Origin: Ostrea edulis
Taxonomy: Eukaryota
Assembly: GCF_947568905.1 (NCBI RefSeq)
Contig: NC_079171.1
Span: 22,258,001 to 22,322,000, forward strand
Direction of reading: 5' to 3'
Length of the DNA: 64,000 nucleotides
Shown here: one piece after another, positions 51,437 to 64,000 of the stretch
Layout: each line of letters begins with the position of its first letter
Numbering within the stretch: position 1 is the first letter of the stretch
Notes under the pieces: generated by a model
What the model was told of the DNA's origin: nothing
Database searches by the model: none
Seen by the model: the letters and a program-made list of their open reading frames with translations, nothing else
Translations under genes and position numbers: made by a program

Positions 51437-54400
51437 CTTCAAACCTTTAATCAATTACAATTTTTAACATGCCACGCACGTGCCCCTTCTCTGGTATTTT
51501 AAGACTGACACACTTCGACTCATCTTTACGCAATCGATAAATCGCTCGTGACCCCATAAGAAATATGTGCCCCGACCTAGAGAATCGAGGCAGACGAGTC
51601 CAATAGAGCGACGGGGGAAAATCCTGGTGACCTATATAAGTGAGGTCAATGACTGACGGTGGGACACGACGACCTACCTTTGCTCTAATTCTACCAGGGC
51701 AATGTTCGGTGATGAACCACCATGACCTGAAAAATTAAGATTACGCAATATACAGGCTCTGCGTGTTACCAGCTAAAGGTGCACATATCGTTTTGTTTAC
51801 TATAGTCTTGTTTATAAATATAACGATCGAGTTCAACAAACCAGGGGGAAAACCCAGAACGTTAGACATGCAGTGTCACGTATTCCACTACCAACTAAAT
51901 CTATAAAAAACCGAAATATATTAAGTTTATTTGTAAATTTCAGAACATCTACAGTGTAATACCGTAAGAGATATTTGAGCTGTTCGTGCGTAGGGGGCAG
52001 AGATACAAGCTGTTAATTAATGTGTCGGGGGCGGATTCAATATATTTTACAAACGATCCGATGGGGATTGAGGATGCAAATGAAATTTGCTCTCATGGGC
52101 GGTGTACAAGTGTATTGTAAATGCCTGTGTAAATTTTTAGTGTACATTGTACTGGTATGTATTAATTGTGTGGGTCTGTCTATTCCCGTCAAGATTAATT
52201 AAACTCCTATTGCCACATATTGCACTCGATGATTTTAATATGTAGACTTTTTTTGTTATCAGCTTTTGTAGTTTAGTTTTAGTTTCCTTTTCAATTTAGT
52301 TTTCCTTTCTAGCGAAGAAGGGACAGGTCGTTCCGAAAATTTGACAATTCACTGTTGTTCGTGTCGTTGGTCATTTTTAGTGCTTTTTATATCCGTTTTC
52401 ATTTGACCTCGTATCTACTCTACAAGATAAGATCCGACACTTTGGGTGTTAAGTGTTGTTGGATTTAAGTGATGTGTGTGTGTGTTGATTTTACTTTCCG
52501 TTAGTCTGTGTGAATTGAATTACATTTTCGAATCGCAGATGTGACTCGACATACGTGTACTTGTACATGTGTGAATCTGATCAACTATAACATTGTTAAA
52601 TTTTGTAAAGAATACAAATTTTTAAGACAGTCAAGACAGTTTCAATCAAATCGGATGTACATGTAGTATATATACATGTAGTTTATTATTCATATGCTGG
52701 TATAATACTTAGTGATATTGTCCATTTACTTACGTATACACCTAATTTGCAATTCATATAACATGCATGTACTCGTCTCTCTCTCTCTCTCTCCCCCCCC
52801 CCCCCCCCCCCCAATGCTACATTCACATGTAGTTTGCAGTTCATGTAACCTGTAGCTAATGTTGTAACTTTTTAAAAATATTTCCTTCTTTACATAGCTG
52901 TCTTGCTGTTATGCCCTCTGATAAACTTACCTTATCTATATCCACCCCTCCCCCCGTGCCCCGAAATTAAGCATTAATTGGTACATGTAGTTGTAGCAGA
53001 ACTATTCAAGATATTGAGCAGTCAATATCTTCCATGTCCAGTTTCATCCTTGACCTTTGACCATATGACCTCAAAATCAATAAGGGTCAGCCATGTACTC
53101 CTTAGGCTGTACATTTACCAGTGTAACAAGTTTGATGTCTGTCAAGCAAAGGATTCTCATGGTATTGAGCGGACAGTATCTGCCTATGTCCAATTTGACT
53201 CTTGACAATGTGACTGAAAATTAATAGGCGTACATCTGATATTAATTTCCACACTAGTCTGAACGTTGCTGCCATAGGCGAGAAACCACCCGGTGACCTG
53301 GACTAGTAAATGTCCGAGTAGAATTAAACAGGTGAAATCGAGAGAACGGTGGCGTATATATATTTGTTATTTTAAAAATCTGTTGCTTGACATTTGGCAT
53401 GCAAGTAGCTAAAACATTAATCTATGCAAGTAGATCGGCAAATTACTCATATCGCATCTAGTTTCTGACTTTTTAAGCATTAGAAGCGAGTCGGTAGTTT
53501 ATTTTTATCTGGGTCAAGAGTTAGACCCCTTTCTATATCTATGGTACATGTACCACATAGTTCGGGCCCCAGAACGGACTTAGCCCCTGTGGTTGTTGCG
53601 TGTTGCGTTAACTTCCACAAGACACCTTGCAAGCGTTCTTTATATGGTATAGGTCATTCTTAATTTACTATTGTGAAACTTGAGTTAAGACTAAGATGGT
53701 CACCATCATCATAGACATGGCGATCTTGGTCTCAATACAGCTTCGTAAACTCTCAAACTTTTGGCATTTCTTCTAACTTCTGTTGAAATTTACTCAGCAG
53801 TGTTTGAAATTGGTTTAAAACTTGGTATAGATCACCGGTCTATGCCAAAACAAAATGACATAGACCTCATCGAATTGGCATAGACCACAACATTGAAAAA
53901 AAAAAAAACCCACAAAATTAAAACATTATCATTTACTTCTAATGTACTTAGAAAGCATATTTTCTTTACATGCTTTCCATAACAATGTCCTCCTTTCCTC
54001 ATAACTTTTATCAGACGTCGACTTTCGGGATAACTCTATTGCTTTAAACTTTGAAAGATGGCATAGACAATTTGGTCTTTCCCAATTAGAATTGGCATAG
54101 ACCGGTGTCATTTGACATAGACTCGGTCTATCGTTGATTTCGAACAGTGACTCCGAACACGACATTTACCGAAAACGTTCAATATTTTACAGATCTATAG
54201 CTACCATATAATCCTCAACTTTGATCAGAAAAAGTTTATTGGTAATTTTCAGCTCAGGTGACCTACACCAGTCAGCATTTCAACGCCCAAGAGCCTACTT
54301 GTGACATTCACAGGGATGTAACTATGAAGTAACTATGAAGGATCGTGTCCCCACCCCACTTTTTGACAACGTACTTTCCCCATTATTTCAATTTATAGCC

Positions 54401-55368
54401 CATCCCATTTTATACAGTACTTGATTGTGAATGTTAATGGACACGTAAGCTTGAGATCCGATGAATTGAATTAGTACACAAGGATCAACCTTTGACCCCC
54501 CCCCCCCCCTTTATCTCTCCGATTTTGCTTTTCTTTTCTTTCTGCTTGTAAACTAAATATAAAGTGAATTTCTTCTCCGGATGCCTTCTCTGCCCCCCCC
54601 CCCCCCCCCTCTCCCCCCTTTTCATCACTTTGAAAATCAATCCTATTTGCTCATTCATTGCATAAAAGAGACAACACTTTCAAATATATAAAAATTTAAT
54701 CTGCTGATGTATTAACGCACATATGATATATGTTAATCTACAAAATATAAACACTGGTACATCTCCGGTATAAACACATACATGCATATTCAATATTCTT
54801 TAAAAAAGTTTTCTGATTCAAGCTGTATCAATCAAATTTAAAAATATATATTCAAGATAATCTGATATAAAAATAAATTATAAACACTGCATTTAAAACA
54901 TGTTAGCATTGTCTCCAACCATTGGGTAAACATGCTATTAAAAGTTTAAAACAATGCTAGTAAACATCAAAATCTGAAATCATAAGCAATGCGAGTTGTC
55001 GGAAAATGTGCAGTTCCATTAAATAATGATAATAAATACATAATAAAACCAAACTAACATCCCCATTGTTATGTAATACAATTAAATACATTGTCATTCA
55101 ATGCTAGTTTAAATATCCTGGTGTTGAAAATCAGAAATGTATCCATGAAATCGATTATATTGTATCTAATATAATGTCTCTCCACACATGCTTGTATGTT
55201 TCTACTAAAATGAAATGTACCTCTTAAGGAATACACGGACTATCTGTAGTACGTGTTTCATTTCATAAGATATTGACCGTTTCCCACTAACAGCATATCT
55301 ACATGGTTACCACCCATAAAGCTTTCTGTTATTCAATTCATCCATATTCAATTGTACACATTCCATGG

Positions 55369-58300
55369 CTAGACATCACATTTGTAAGGTTTATCACCAG
55401 TATGTGTCCTCATGTGTTTCCGTAAGTTTTGTGTATGACTGAACGCCTTCCCACAGACATCACATTTGTAAGGTTTATCACCAGTATGTGTCCTCATGTG
55501 TGTCTGTAAGCTTCCTGTTACACTGAACGCCTTCCCACAGACATCACATTTGTAAGGTTTATCACCAGTATGTGTCCTCATGTGTTTCCGTAAGTTTTGT
55601 GTATGACTGAACGCCTTCCCACAGACATCACATTTGTAAGGTTTCTCACCAGTATGTGTCCTCATGTGTGTCTTTAAGTCTCCTGTCTGACTGAACGCCT
55701 TCCCACAGACATCACATTTGTAAGGTTTATCACCAGTATGTGTCCTTATGTGTTTCTGTAAGCTTTGTGTCTGATTGAACGCCTTCCCACAGACATCACA
55801 TTTGTAAGGTTTATCACCAGTATGTGTCCTCATGTGTGTCTGTAAGCTTCCTGTTACACTGAACGCCTTCCCACAGACATCACATTTGTAAGGTTTATCA
55901 CCAGTATGTGTCCTCATGTGTGTCTGTAAGTGTTGTGTCTGACTGAACGCCTTCCCACAGACATCACATTTGTAAGGTTTATCACCAGTATGTGTCCTCA
56001 TGTGTTTCTGTAAGTTTCCTGTGTCACTGAACGCCTTCCCACAGACATCACATTTGTAAGGTTTATCACCAGTATGTGTCCTCATGTGTGTCTGTAAGCT
56101 TCCTGTTACACTGAACGCCTTCCCACAGACATCACATTTGTAAGGTTTATCACCAGTATGTGTCCTCATGTGTGTCTGTAAGCTTCCTGTTACACTGAAC
56201 GCCTTCCCACAGACATCACATGTGTAAGGTTTATCACCAGTATGTGTCCTCATGTGTGTCTGTAAGTTTCCTGTTACACTGAACGCCTTCCCACAGACAT
56301 CACATGTGTAAGGTTTCTCACCAGTATGTGTCCTCATGTGTGTCTGTAAGTTTCCTGTGTCACTGAACGCCTTCCCACAGACATCACATTTGTAAGGTTT
56401 ATCACCAGTATGTGTCCTCATGTGTTTGTTTTTGTCCTCACTTCCTTTGGCAGAACGCCATCCTCCTATTTCGTTATTGGTGCGTTTGGTTAAGGGTTTC
56501 CTTCGTTTGGTAGGAGTATAAAATCCAAAGCCTTCTGTATTATTTTCTCCCTGTTCAAACAAAAGACAAATGATATTTAGTATGCACAATGCTTTAGTAG
56601 AGAGAGAGAACGAGAGATTTTTGATCTAATTGATATAAACGTAAGCTCTGTTGACTTTTTAAAGGACTATAACTTCAGTTATCTAATATTCGCTTTCTAT
56701 TACATCTTTATAGTTTCTGGATCTCATATCATATGCTTCCATTTTGGGGTAAAGTCGCCCGACTCGACAGATTTGATAACAATTTGATTGTTATTGTTTT
56801 CTAGTCTCTGATCAAATTCAAATTGAGGAACGTGGGTTATTTTTGTATAACTTGGTTTGGTATGGTACCCCCCCCCCCCCGACAACCAATCGAGGAAACT
56901 ATTTCTCCCTTTCCAAATTTACGTCATAACACGGTTTTAGCCCTTCTCCGTAATAGAAAGTCAATGTGTGCAGTAAGATACTTCGGTTTAATACACATAT
57001 TCTCGTTGTCAAGCAAGACGTATAAAGTCTACTTGTACTAAACCACTGCTGTAAAACATCTTTCTCTGTATGGTGATCGAATATAGAGTGAAACAAAGAT
57101 AAGTATTTAATGATTTACCAAGTAAACATTGCCCTGTTCATTTTGAAATACATTTCTCACTAGAGAAGGGGGTGGGGGTATTGCTTCATTATTTGATCCG
57201 CCTTTGAATAAGGCAAAAAAAAAAATTAAAAAAAAATCATACGTCACATATCAGATGACGTCAGTCACATGGATATGTGGATTGCGATTTGTCACTGCTT
57301 ATACATATTTTCTTATTAGAGTTTAGAGCGTTCGCCCCGCATGCGGAAGGCCGGGGTTCGAATCCCGGCCGAGACAGATCCAAGTCGTTAAAACAGGTAA
57401 TGACAGTTCCATTGCCAAATGCTCGGCATTAGGTGTGAATGTCATAGGTCCTTGGAGATGACCTTAAAACCGGATGCCCCATGTCACAGTAGGTGTGGCA
57501 CGCTAAAGAACCCTCACTGTTCAATGTCCGTAAGCGCCGAGCAAAGGTCTAGATTTGAAGCCCTTCACCGGTCTTGGTGATGTCTTCATATGAGTGAAAA
57601 ATTCTCGAGAGAGACGTTAAACAAGATACAATCAATCAATCAATATTCTCTTATTAGCAATAATGTTGCATGCAAAGGGCAAGTTGTCATGTATAGTAAA
57701 AATTTCATAGAGTTAAAAGTCGTAAATTATAAAATTGCATTTTCTGATATTTGATGACTTATTTTGAGTAGACCTAAATAATGTGATATTTCCCGTATTT
57801 TTCTTTTAGTCGGAGCTGAGCCAGCTTAGCGATTTCAAAGTCGATCTGTAAAGCGCAGCGAAATACGCATTGCATGCATAGCTTACACATATTTTGCCAT
57901 GACAAACTCAATCTAATTAAAATTAGATGTTGGATCCGCTCGTATACTCGCTACACAAGCGAGTATGCAAGCGGATCTAACATCTAATTTCAATTAGATT
58001 GTGACAAACTTCAAATCCAATAGGTCAAATTATATTAAATTTTACAATACAATAAATAGGTAAATAGGCCCCGTAGAACAAAAATTGCTGCTTTTGAAGA
58101 CACTTCGCCGTGGTTGCTAAGTGAATCACTGTGCGGCTCAATTGACGTGTATTTTTTTTTTTTAAATACAATTTATATACATTTTGAAAAACGAAAGTCA
58201 GTGCCTTTGTCTTTTGAATTAAATTGTTAGGAAATACTTTCATTCTGGAGTATCTTATACAAGTATAACATGGTTTGGGTCAGTTTACTGGGTTTTTATA

Positions 58301-61300
58301 CGCCCGTCTTAATTATGGTATGGCGTTCACGTCCGTCCGTCTGTTAGCTTTTTCGTGTCCGACCCGTAACTTAAATACTACAAGGCCTAGAATCATTCAA
58401 CTTTGTCTTAAGATACATCTTGGGTAGAAGGTGTGTCGCACATTAAAACCAGGTCACTGTGACTTTTCATTAAGAAGATATGGCCATATATGGCAAAAAC
58501 TTGTCCGGCTCATAAATTGAAAACTATTAGAGCTAGAATCACCAAAATTGGTCAACTAATGCATCTTAGGTCAAAGGTGTGTCGCATCCTACTTTAAGGT
58601 CACTGTGACATTTAATTAAGGTGATATAAAAAAAAAAATGTTTTAATGGGTACAATCTATACTGTTAACAATATGTGACGGGCGTATCATGTGCCGTGGC
58701 GGTGCACTTTATTTTTAAATAATCCGCGAAGCCTATAAATTTTTACAACCAAGGTTAGAGTACTGCATGGGGTTAAACCCGGTATTTTATGAATAGGTTT
58801 CAAGATCAAATTTACAGTGGGCATAAAAGGAGTTTATAGAAACCTGTAGCAAGTAGAAAAACTGTGTACACATGTATTTTGGAAGATAATAAATAAAGAA
58901 AAGAAAGGGCTAACAAAACAACATTACCCTACCCCTTTTTTATTTTAAATGACATTTAATACAAAATTCAAACCTATTTCAACAATTCCTACAAAATAAA
59001 TTCTTTGTGAGGAAATAACAGACCAGGTTCAATTCATTTCCAGCATTTTAAAAAATCTTCTACATGTACTTTCTTTTCCGGAATTTCATATAAAAGGATT
59101 CGAATTATTCGGGACACGTACATGTAACAACATGATTATTAGTACTTTATTGAAGCTATGAATTTTCAATTCGAATAGGGAATCAATACTACATGTAGGA
59201 AAATATGCGAGGGTTTTCGATATCAAATTATGACATGTTTTAAGCAGCAATATAAGACATCAATCATGCGCAGAAAATGTGTCGTAAATCGAAAGTTACT
59301 ATAAAGTACATCTAACAGGTAGATTCGTTGTTTTCTGGTCTATCCAGTTTTCCTCGACAGTTCACTAAAGGTGCAGTTCTGCAGCTAACATTCTAAATAG
59401 GGATTTACACGATATGTCATTTACTGGCGTTATTTCCAAAAATGAAATCACATTAAAATTAAATAAAAATGCTCACCTTCAATTCAAATGCAGTATTACT
59501 AACAACTTGGATGTTTTCTTTCCCCTTCTTGCGACAGTGGGGTATATGGTTTTGAAGAAAGACAGAAGTACTAAAGCAGATATTGCAATGCTGGCACGGA
59601 AAAATATCTGTAAAACACAATTTTGTTGTGATTGATTGAGGTATGGTTGAAAAAAAAAATCTCATAGGCCTTAGCGGTCACCTGAGTATGCACAGTTTTA
59701 GGTATCATTGTGTTAAATGTTTTTCATTCTTTGTACTAGATCACAGTGAAATGCTTTCTATATGACAAATCAAGCCCCACCTCTAGTACCTGAACCCTAG
59801 GAGGATACACAATTTTTGTGGAGAGTTCAATGTCCACTATAATCATGCAAACATTTTTCCTCATTGAATTCAAAAAGTAATGAAGATTTTCAGAAACATT
59901 GTAAGATCTAATGTATAATTCTCAATTTTTGACCAACTTAGCCCCACCTTACAACCTGATAGGGCTCATTGCATTAATGCAAACAATTTCCCTTCTTGGT
60001 GTCCACAAGTAAAGAGGATTTCTAAAATGTGTGTGAATTTTGGCGCCACCCGGGGGGGGGGGGGGGGGGGGGGGTTTGTGTGTAGTGTACTATGAACCAG
60101 GGTGTCCGGGTAGCGCTGTCTCAGCATTAGTTTTATTTTGGAGGGTATAGTGGTCGTTAGCTCAGAAATGTGGCTTTCCTCCGGGTACTCGGTTTCCTCC
60201 CACAAAATAGCCCCCTAGCGCCAACATCCGTCTAAGTATATATAGCTAATTTTCATTGTTGTTTGCACGTCGGACTTTGGAATATTATCTATAATTTCAG
60301 TTTTGTAGCGGGCTCAATGCTCATTATAATCATGCAAACATTTTGCCTCTTTGATATCCAGAAGTAAAGCAGATATTCCAAGATATTGATATTGCATTTT
60401 CGATCTATATCAACTTAGACCCACCCTGTGGCATGCAACCTGAACCCAGTGGTCATGAATTCCACAATTTTGGTAGAGGGTTTATTATAAACATGGCAAC
60501 AGTTTGACTGCCCGATGTCCATTTCGGAGATATAATGCATTTCAATATAATGACCAAGTTCTCCTTACCATGTGACATGAACTCTGAAGCCAAGGGTAAT
60601 GCATTTCACAGTTTTTGTAAGGCTGGCTTTTTCCTTAGTACTGTACATGGTATAATTTTATGCCTACAGTTTGACTATTGATGTCAAAGTATAAATAAGT
60701 TTTTCGATGATGAAATTCAGTTTGGTTTTGATCACACCCCTCAGGTCCCAAGAATCAAAGATCAATGAAATTCACCCCACCCCCACCCCATACATGCTAT
60801 AAACATGTATACCAAAAATTGGTGGAAATTAGTTAAGATGTGTAAGGGAACTTGAAAATGTTCAAAAGTACACGACTGACAACCAACGACGGATGAAAAG
60901 AGATGGCAATAAGTCATAGTGACGCAAGTGAGTGGAAACGGTAAATGTACATAATACGTTTGTCACAAGCTTATGTATTTTTATTTTTTGGAAGTCATGA
61001 ATTGTAGAAATTTACTTTAGGTGGTATTAGCCATAATCAAGCTACGATAAACGGCATGAAACTAACTTTTTATGTCAGAGTCCAGCCGGATACGATAACT
61101 TCATTTCCTTAGAATTTTTTTTATCAGTCAAGTTTTCCGGAAATCATGATATAAAATCTTATTCATTCTCATCATAAAAATTTATTGCTCCTCCATATTA
61201 TTTGGCTTCTGTTTCACAGACTCAGAATTTCATCAGTGGATGACAGGTAATTGGGAGGAGCTAGAAGAACAAATTAAGTACCCTCCTGGTTCCATATGAC

Positions 61301-62163
61301 ATTAAATTTCAAATAAAAGGACAAAACCCCTGCAAGAGAGGTCACAATGGATCAAAATTACATGATCGAAAGGGGTCTACATAAAGTTTCAGCTTGATAT
61401 GTGACATAGAGAAGTGAAAATAGAAAACCCTGAATGGACGGAGGGACGTGATGCTGTACCACAATACATGTCTAAAGACAGGTTTGTTTAAAATGTGTAT
61501 ATATGACGGAAATTGGATTGAAGATGGTAGCAATATATTTCAGTAAATTGATACATGTATATACAACAATTTAATTAGATTAAAAGTTCCAATACCAGAA
61601 TTTGCGATTCTTTTTACATAATTCATTTATTCTCAACCTTCTTGAGTTTTGACATTTAATTCGTTGCAAATATTCGAAAATGCCAGCAATACATGTATAA
61701 CTGAAGTAATACATTTATCAATCACTATTGAATATGAAATACGATAAACTGTATCGCAAGAATATGTATGATACGCCCGTCTAGAACTACAGGTGCAAGA
61801 CACATATATACTACAAGTATATACATGTACAGAGTATGTTTGCATACACAAATCGCAAGCTGTAACGTTGTCATTGTCATTTGCAAATCATCAACTGAAC
61901 AAGTTCGATGGTCTCAGATCGCAGATTGAAATCATTGTGATAGAGATGACCCAGGCACGTAAAAGCTAACGGATGGACGGGAAAGCTATACATCAATACG
62001 CTCCGTGAAAAGACGAACGTATAAAAATTACACCCACCATCACCATCATAACGTTGAATGTCTTTAGGCAGTAACAGACTTTGTCCATGTTTGTATTTGC
62101 AGTGTTTTGCTAGGTATTCTTTGGTGCTAAACCCCATCTGGCACCAATTACAACAGAACATTT
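55369..62163 (-). CDS. 3' part of a PRDM9-like C2H2 zinc-finger gene: single-finger exon, C2HC-finger exon, terminal exon with 12 tandem near-identical fingers
   Basis: Exons 62163-62038 (FCCNWCQMGFSTKEYLAKHCKYKH, phase 1/1), 59607-59477 (FPCQHCNICFSTSVFLQNHIPHC, phase 1/0), 56550-55369 (phase 0; 12 x 84-bp KCDVCGKAF...HMRTHTGDKPY, ending KCDV-stop). The phases chain exactly. Upstream exons (SET/KRAB/SSXRD) were not found in the window. Confidence 0.8.
57330..57645 (+). mobile_element. Near full-length tRNA-derived SINE with B box and (caat)n tail
   Basis: ggccggggttcgaatcccggcc B box at ~57349-57370; core gtcacagtaggtgtggcacg; tail gatacaatcaatcaatcaa. Confidence 0.85.
57909..58001. mobile_element. 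93-bp foldback MULE-type MITE
   Basis: 44-bp arms with 4 mismatches around a 5-nt loop; perfect 9-bp TSD TGACAAACT at 57900-57908 and 58002-58010. Confidence 0.8.
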
Positions 62164-62399
62164 CTGCAAAAGAAAAAAAATGCAGTTATTCTATAGAATC
62201 GTGAATAGCAGTTACTATGCAGCGCTACAATGAACACATGTTATATTACCCACTGCAAATGCAAATTATCACGCTCTGCAAATAGGTGTTATTATTTGCA
62301 AGTTCTACGTTATAAAGTATTAAAAACATGCTAAAAAATACTTCAAAAACACGACCGTTGTGACAACAAGGATGATTTTTTTTCAAATATTCTAATGAA

Positions 62400-63060
62400 A
62401 GGTGAAGATAACGAACGGTGATCAATCTCATAATTTCTAGAAGTAATACAAAATAGAGAGTTGGGCAAACACAGACCCCTGAACACATCAGAAGTGGGAT
62501 CAGGTGCCTAGGAGTAGTAGGCATACCCTGTTGACCGCTCACACCCGCCGTGAGCCCTATATTCTGATCAGGTAAGAGGAGCTATCGGTAGTCAAAATCA
62601 GTGTGCCAAGAACGACCTAACAATCAGTATAAAACACTTCAAACAGCATTTGACCCAATGAAAGGTTGTATTAACATATTAAATCGTTATAAGACCATAG
62701 AATTTGCAAAATGCTGACTTTATACGAGACTGTTGAAACGGTCAGAAACTCTGCACCATCAACTTGTTTGTCAATAGCCTGCCTCGATTTAAAAACTGAC
62801 CATACGCAGAACAAGCTTTTGCGTATTGAATCATTTGAGAGATATGAACACAATATACAGGTGATAATGGAATATTGCTACCTAAATATGGGAAGTTGAC
62901 GATGGAGAAGCTGAAATCATCCAGTTTGCCATACAGTTGAGTTATCAGTTTGCAGTTAATATCTACTTTCAATAAAAATCCAAGTATGAAGATATTATTA
63001 ATTCGACTTCACAGGGATATATCGACATATGAATGAAAATTATCATTGTTAATAGATAAA
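62400..63060 (-). mobile_element. Penelope-like retroelement remnant (RT C-terminal region)
   Basis: ORF 62742-62972: QLYGKLDDFSFSIVNFPYLGSNIPLSPVYCVHISQMIQYAKACS resembles the LYDKRDDF...NFP...SNIP...AYGVYISQLIRYARAC stretch of Penelope-like elements; contiguous with the dispersed repeat seen five times in the window. Confidence 0.7.
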
Positions 63061-64000
63061 ACATCGTCGACATATCTAAATGTCAAATTATATAAGAATT
63101 TATTTTTGGACGAGCAGACGTATACTATCTTTTAATTTTTAGAATTTTTGAAGTTTTGATATTTTGTACAGATGAAGTGAATTAGATGAACTCGATGCCT
63201 TAACTATCCAGTCTTCACACTGTAAAAAGAAATGCAAAGAACTAGACAGAGATCCGCCAACCATGAGACGAAGTTTCACAACTCATTTGATAACCACATA
63301 TCAAGTTTCAGATTTCTAAGTTACAGCAACTTAATGAAAAGTCCAGAAAACTACATTCGCCATAAAGCCCCATAAATCTCGTAAAAATCAGTCCACTGAC
63401 ACGAAATTTGAACTAGATCTGTAAACATATATATTCCAAGTAAATCACATACCAAATTTCAGCTTCCCAAATCAAAGCATTATGAAAAGAAAATCCAGAA
63501 AACTGATTTGTGACCAAGAAAGATAGACAGACAGAGTGTAAACTAGCAGCCTCCTTCAGCTATGCCGGTTGTGGACTAAAACCAAAACAAGAGAGAAGTT
63601 GATTTTTGTTTCATGCAACATATTGCTCGTCTTGTGTAGTGTCTCAAGACTTGAAAAGGAAAGTAACGACAGTTTGAAGAATCACTGTATTAAATTGCGC
63701 GTAAAGTTTGGTAGAACTTAGTATCGTACACGTATCAGTGTGTCACTACAAATTGTGCATACTTATAGCTTACAGCAGATGTCGGCATGGTAAGGAACCC
63801 TTACTGTACATGTATGCAAATAGCACTCAGCGCCTAGCACACTCATACATATACTCCCCCTACATATCCGGTGTCGCATAATTTACGTTCTAGGTAGTCA
63901 TTAAGTGAAAAGAATTTGTTATGAAAAGATTACACAGGTGAAATATCAAAGTTAACCTTAAAAATGATAGCCAAGGTAAAAGTATGTCAAACTTCGAGGT

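Noticed and set aside
62742-62972. Host gene exon or PR/SET exon of the zinc-finger gene
   Set aside because: Matches a decayed Penelope-like RT region contiguous with a multicopy repeat.
63600-64000. PR/SET-domain exon upstream of the single-finger exon
   Set aside because: No WMRYVN- or YG-x-x-Y-type motif in an open, spliceable frame found by eye, so PRDM9 identity stays unproven and no gene symbol is given.

Overview
AT-rich, intron-rich eukaryotic DNA whose repeat landscape looks like a bivalve, probably an ostreid oyster (inferred from repeat families, not verified). Genes rebuilt by hand from splice sites and reading phase: (1) an isolated F5/8-type C (fucolectin-like) exon on the minus strand; (2) two tandem minus-strand paralogues missed by the ORF track, each encoding signal peptide + cationic Gly/Trp-rich beta-strand peptide ending in Phe + KR-S-T cleavage site + acidic EF-hand pro-domain, with a perfect NF-kB site in the promoter of copy A; (3) SLC25A42 (minus, 7 coding exons) head-to-head with (4) CALML4 (plus, 5 coding exons); (5) the 3' part of a PRDM9-like gene (two single zinc-finger exons, then a minisatellite-like array of 12 C2H2 fingers varying mainly at DNA-contact positions). 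The rest is non-autonomous DNA transposons (IS3EU-, Kolobok-, hAT- and MULE-like, called from TIR/TSD), tRNA-derived SINEs, Penelope-like fragments and minisatellites. The best candidate for an undescribed system is the peptide/EF-hand precursor family. No database searches could be run, so novelty and function are hypotheses.
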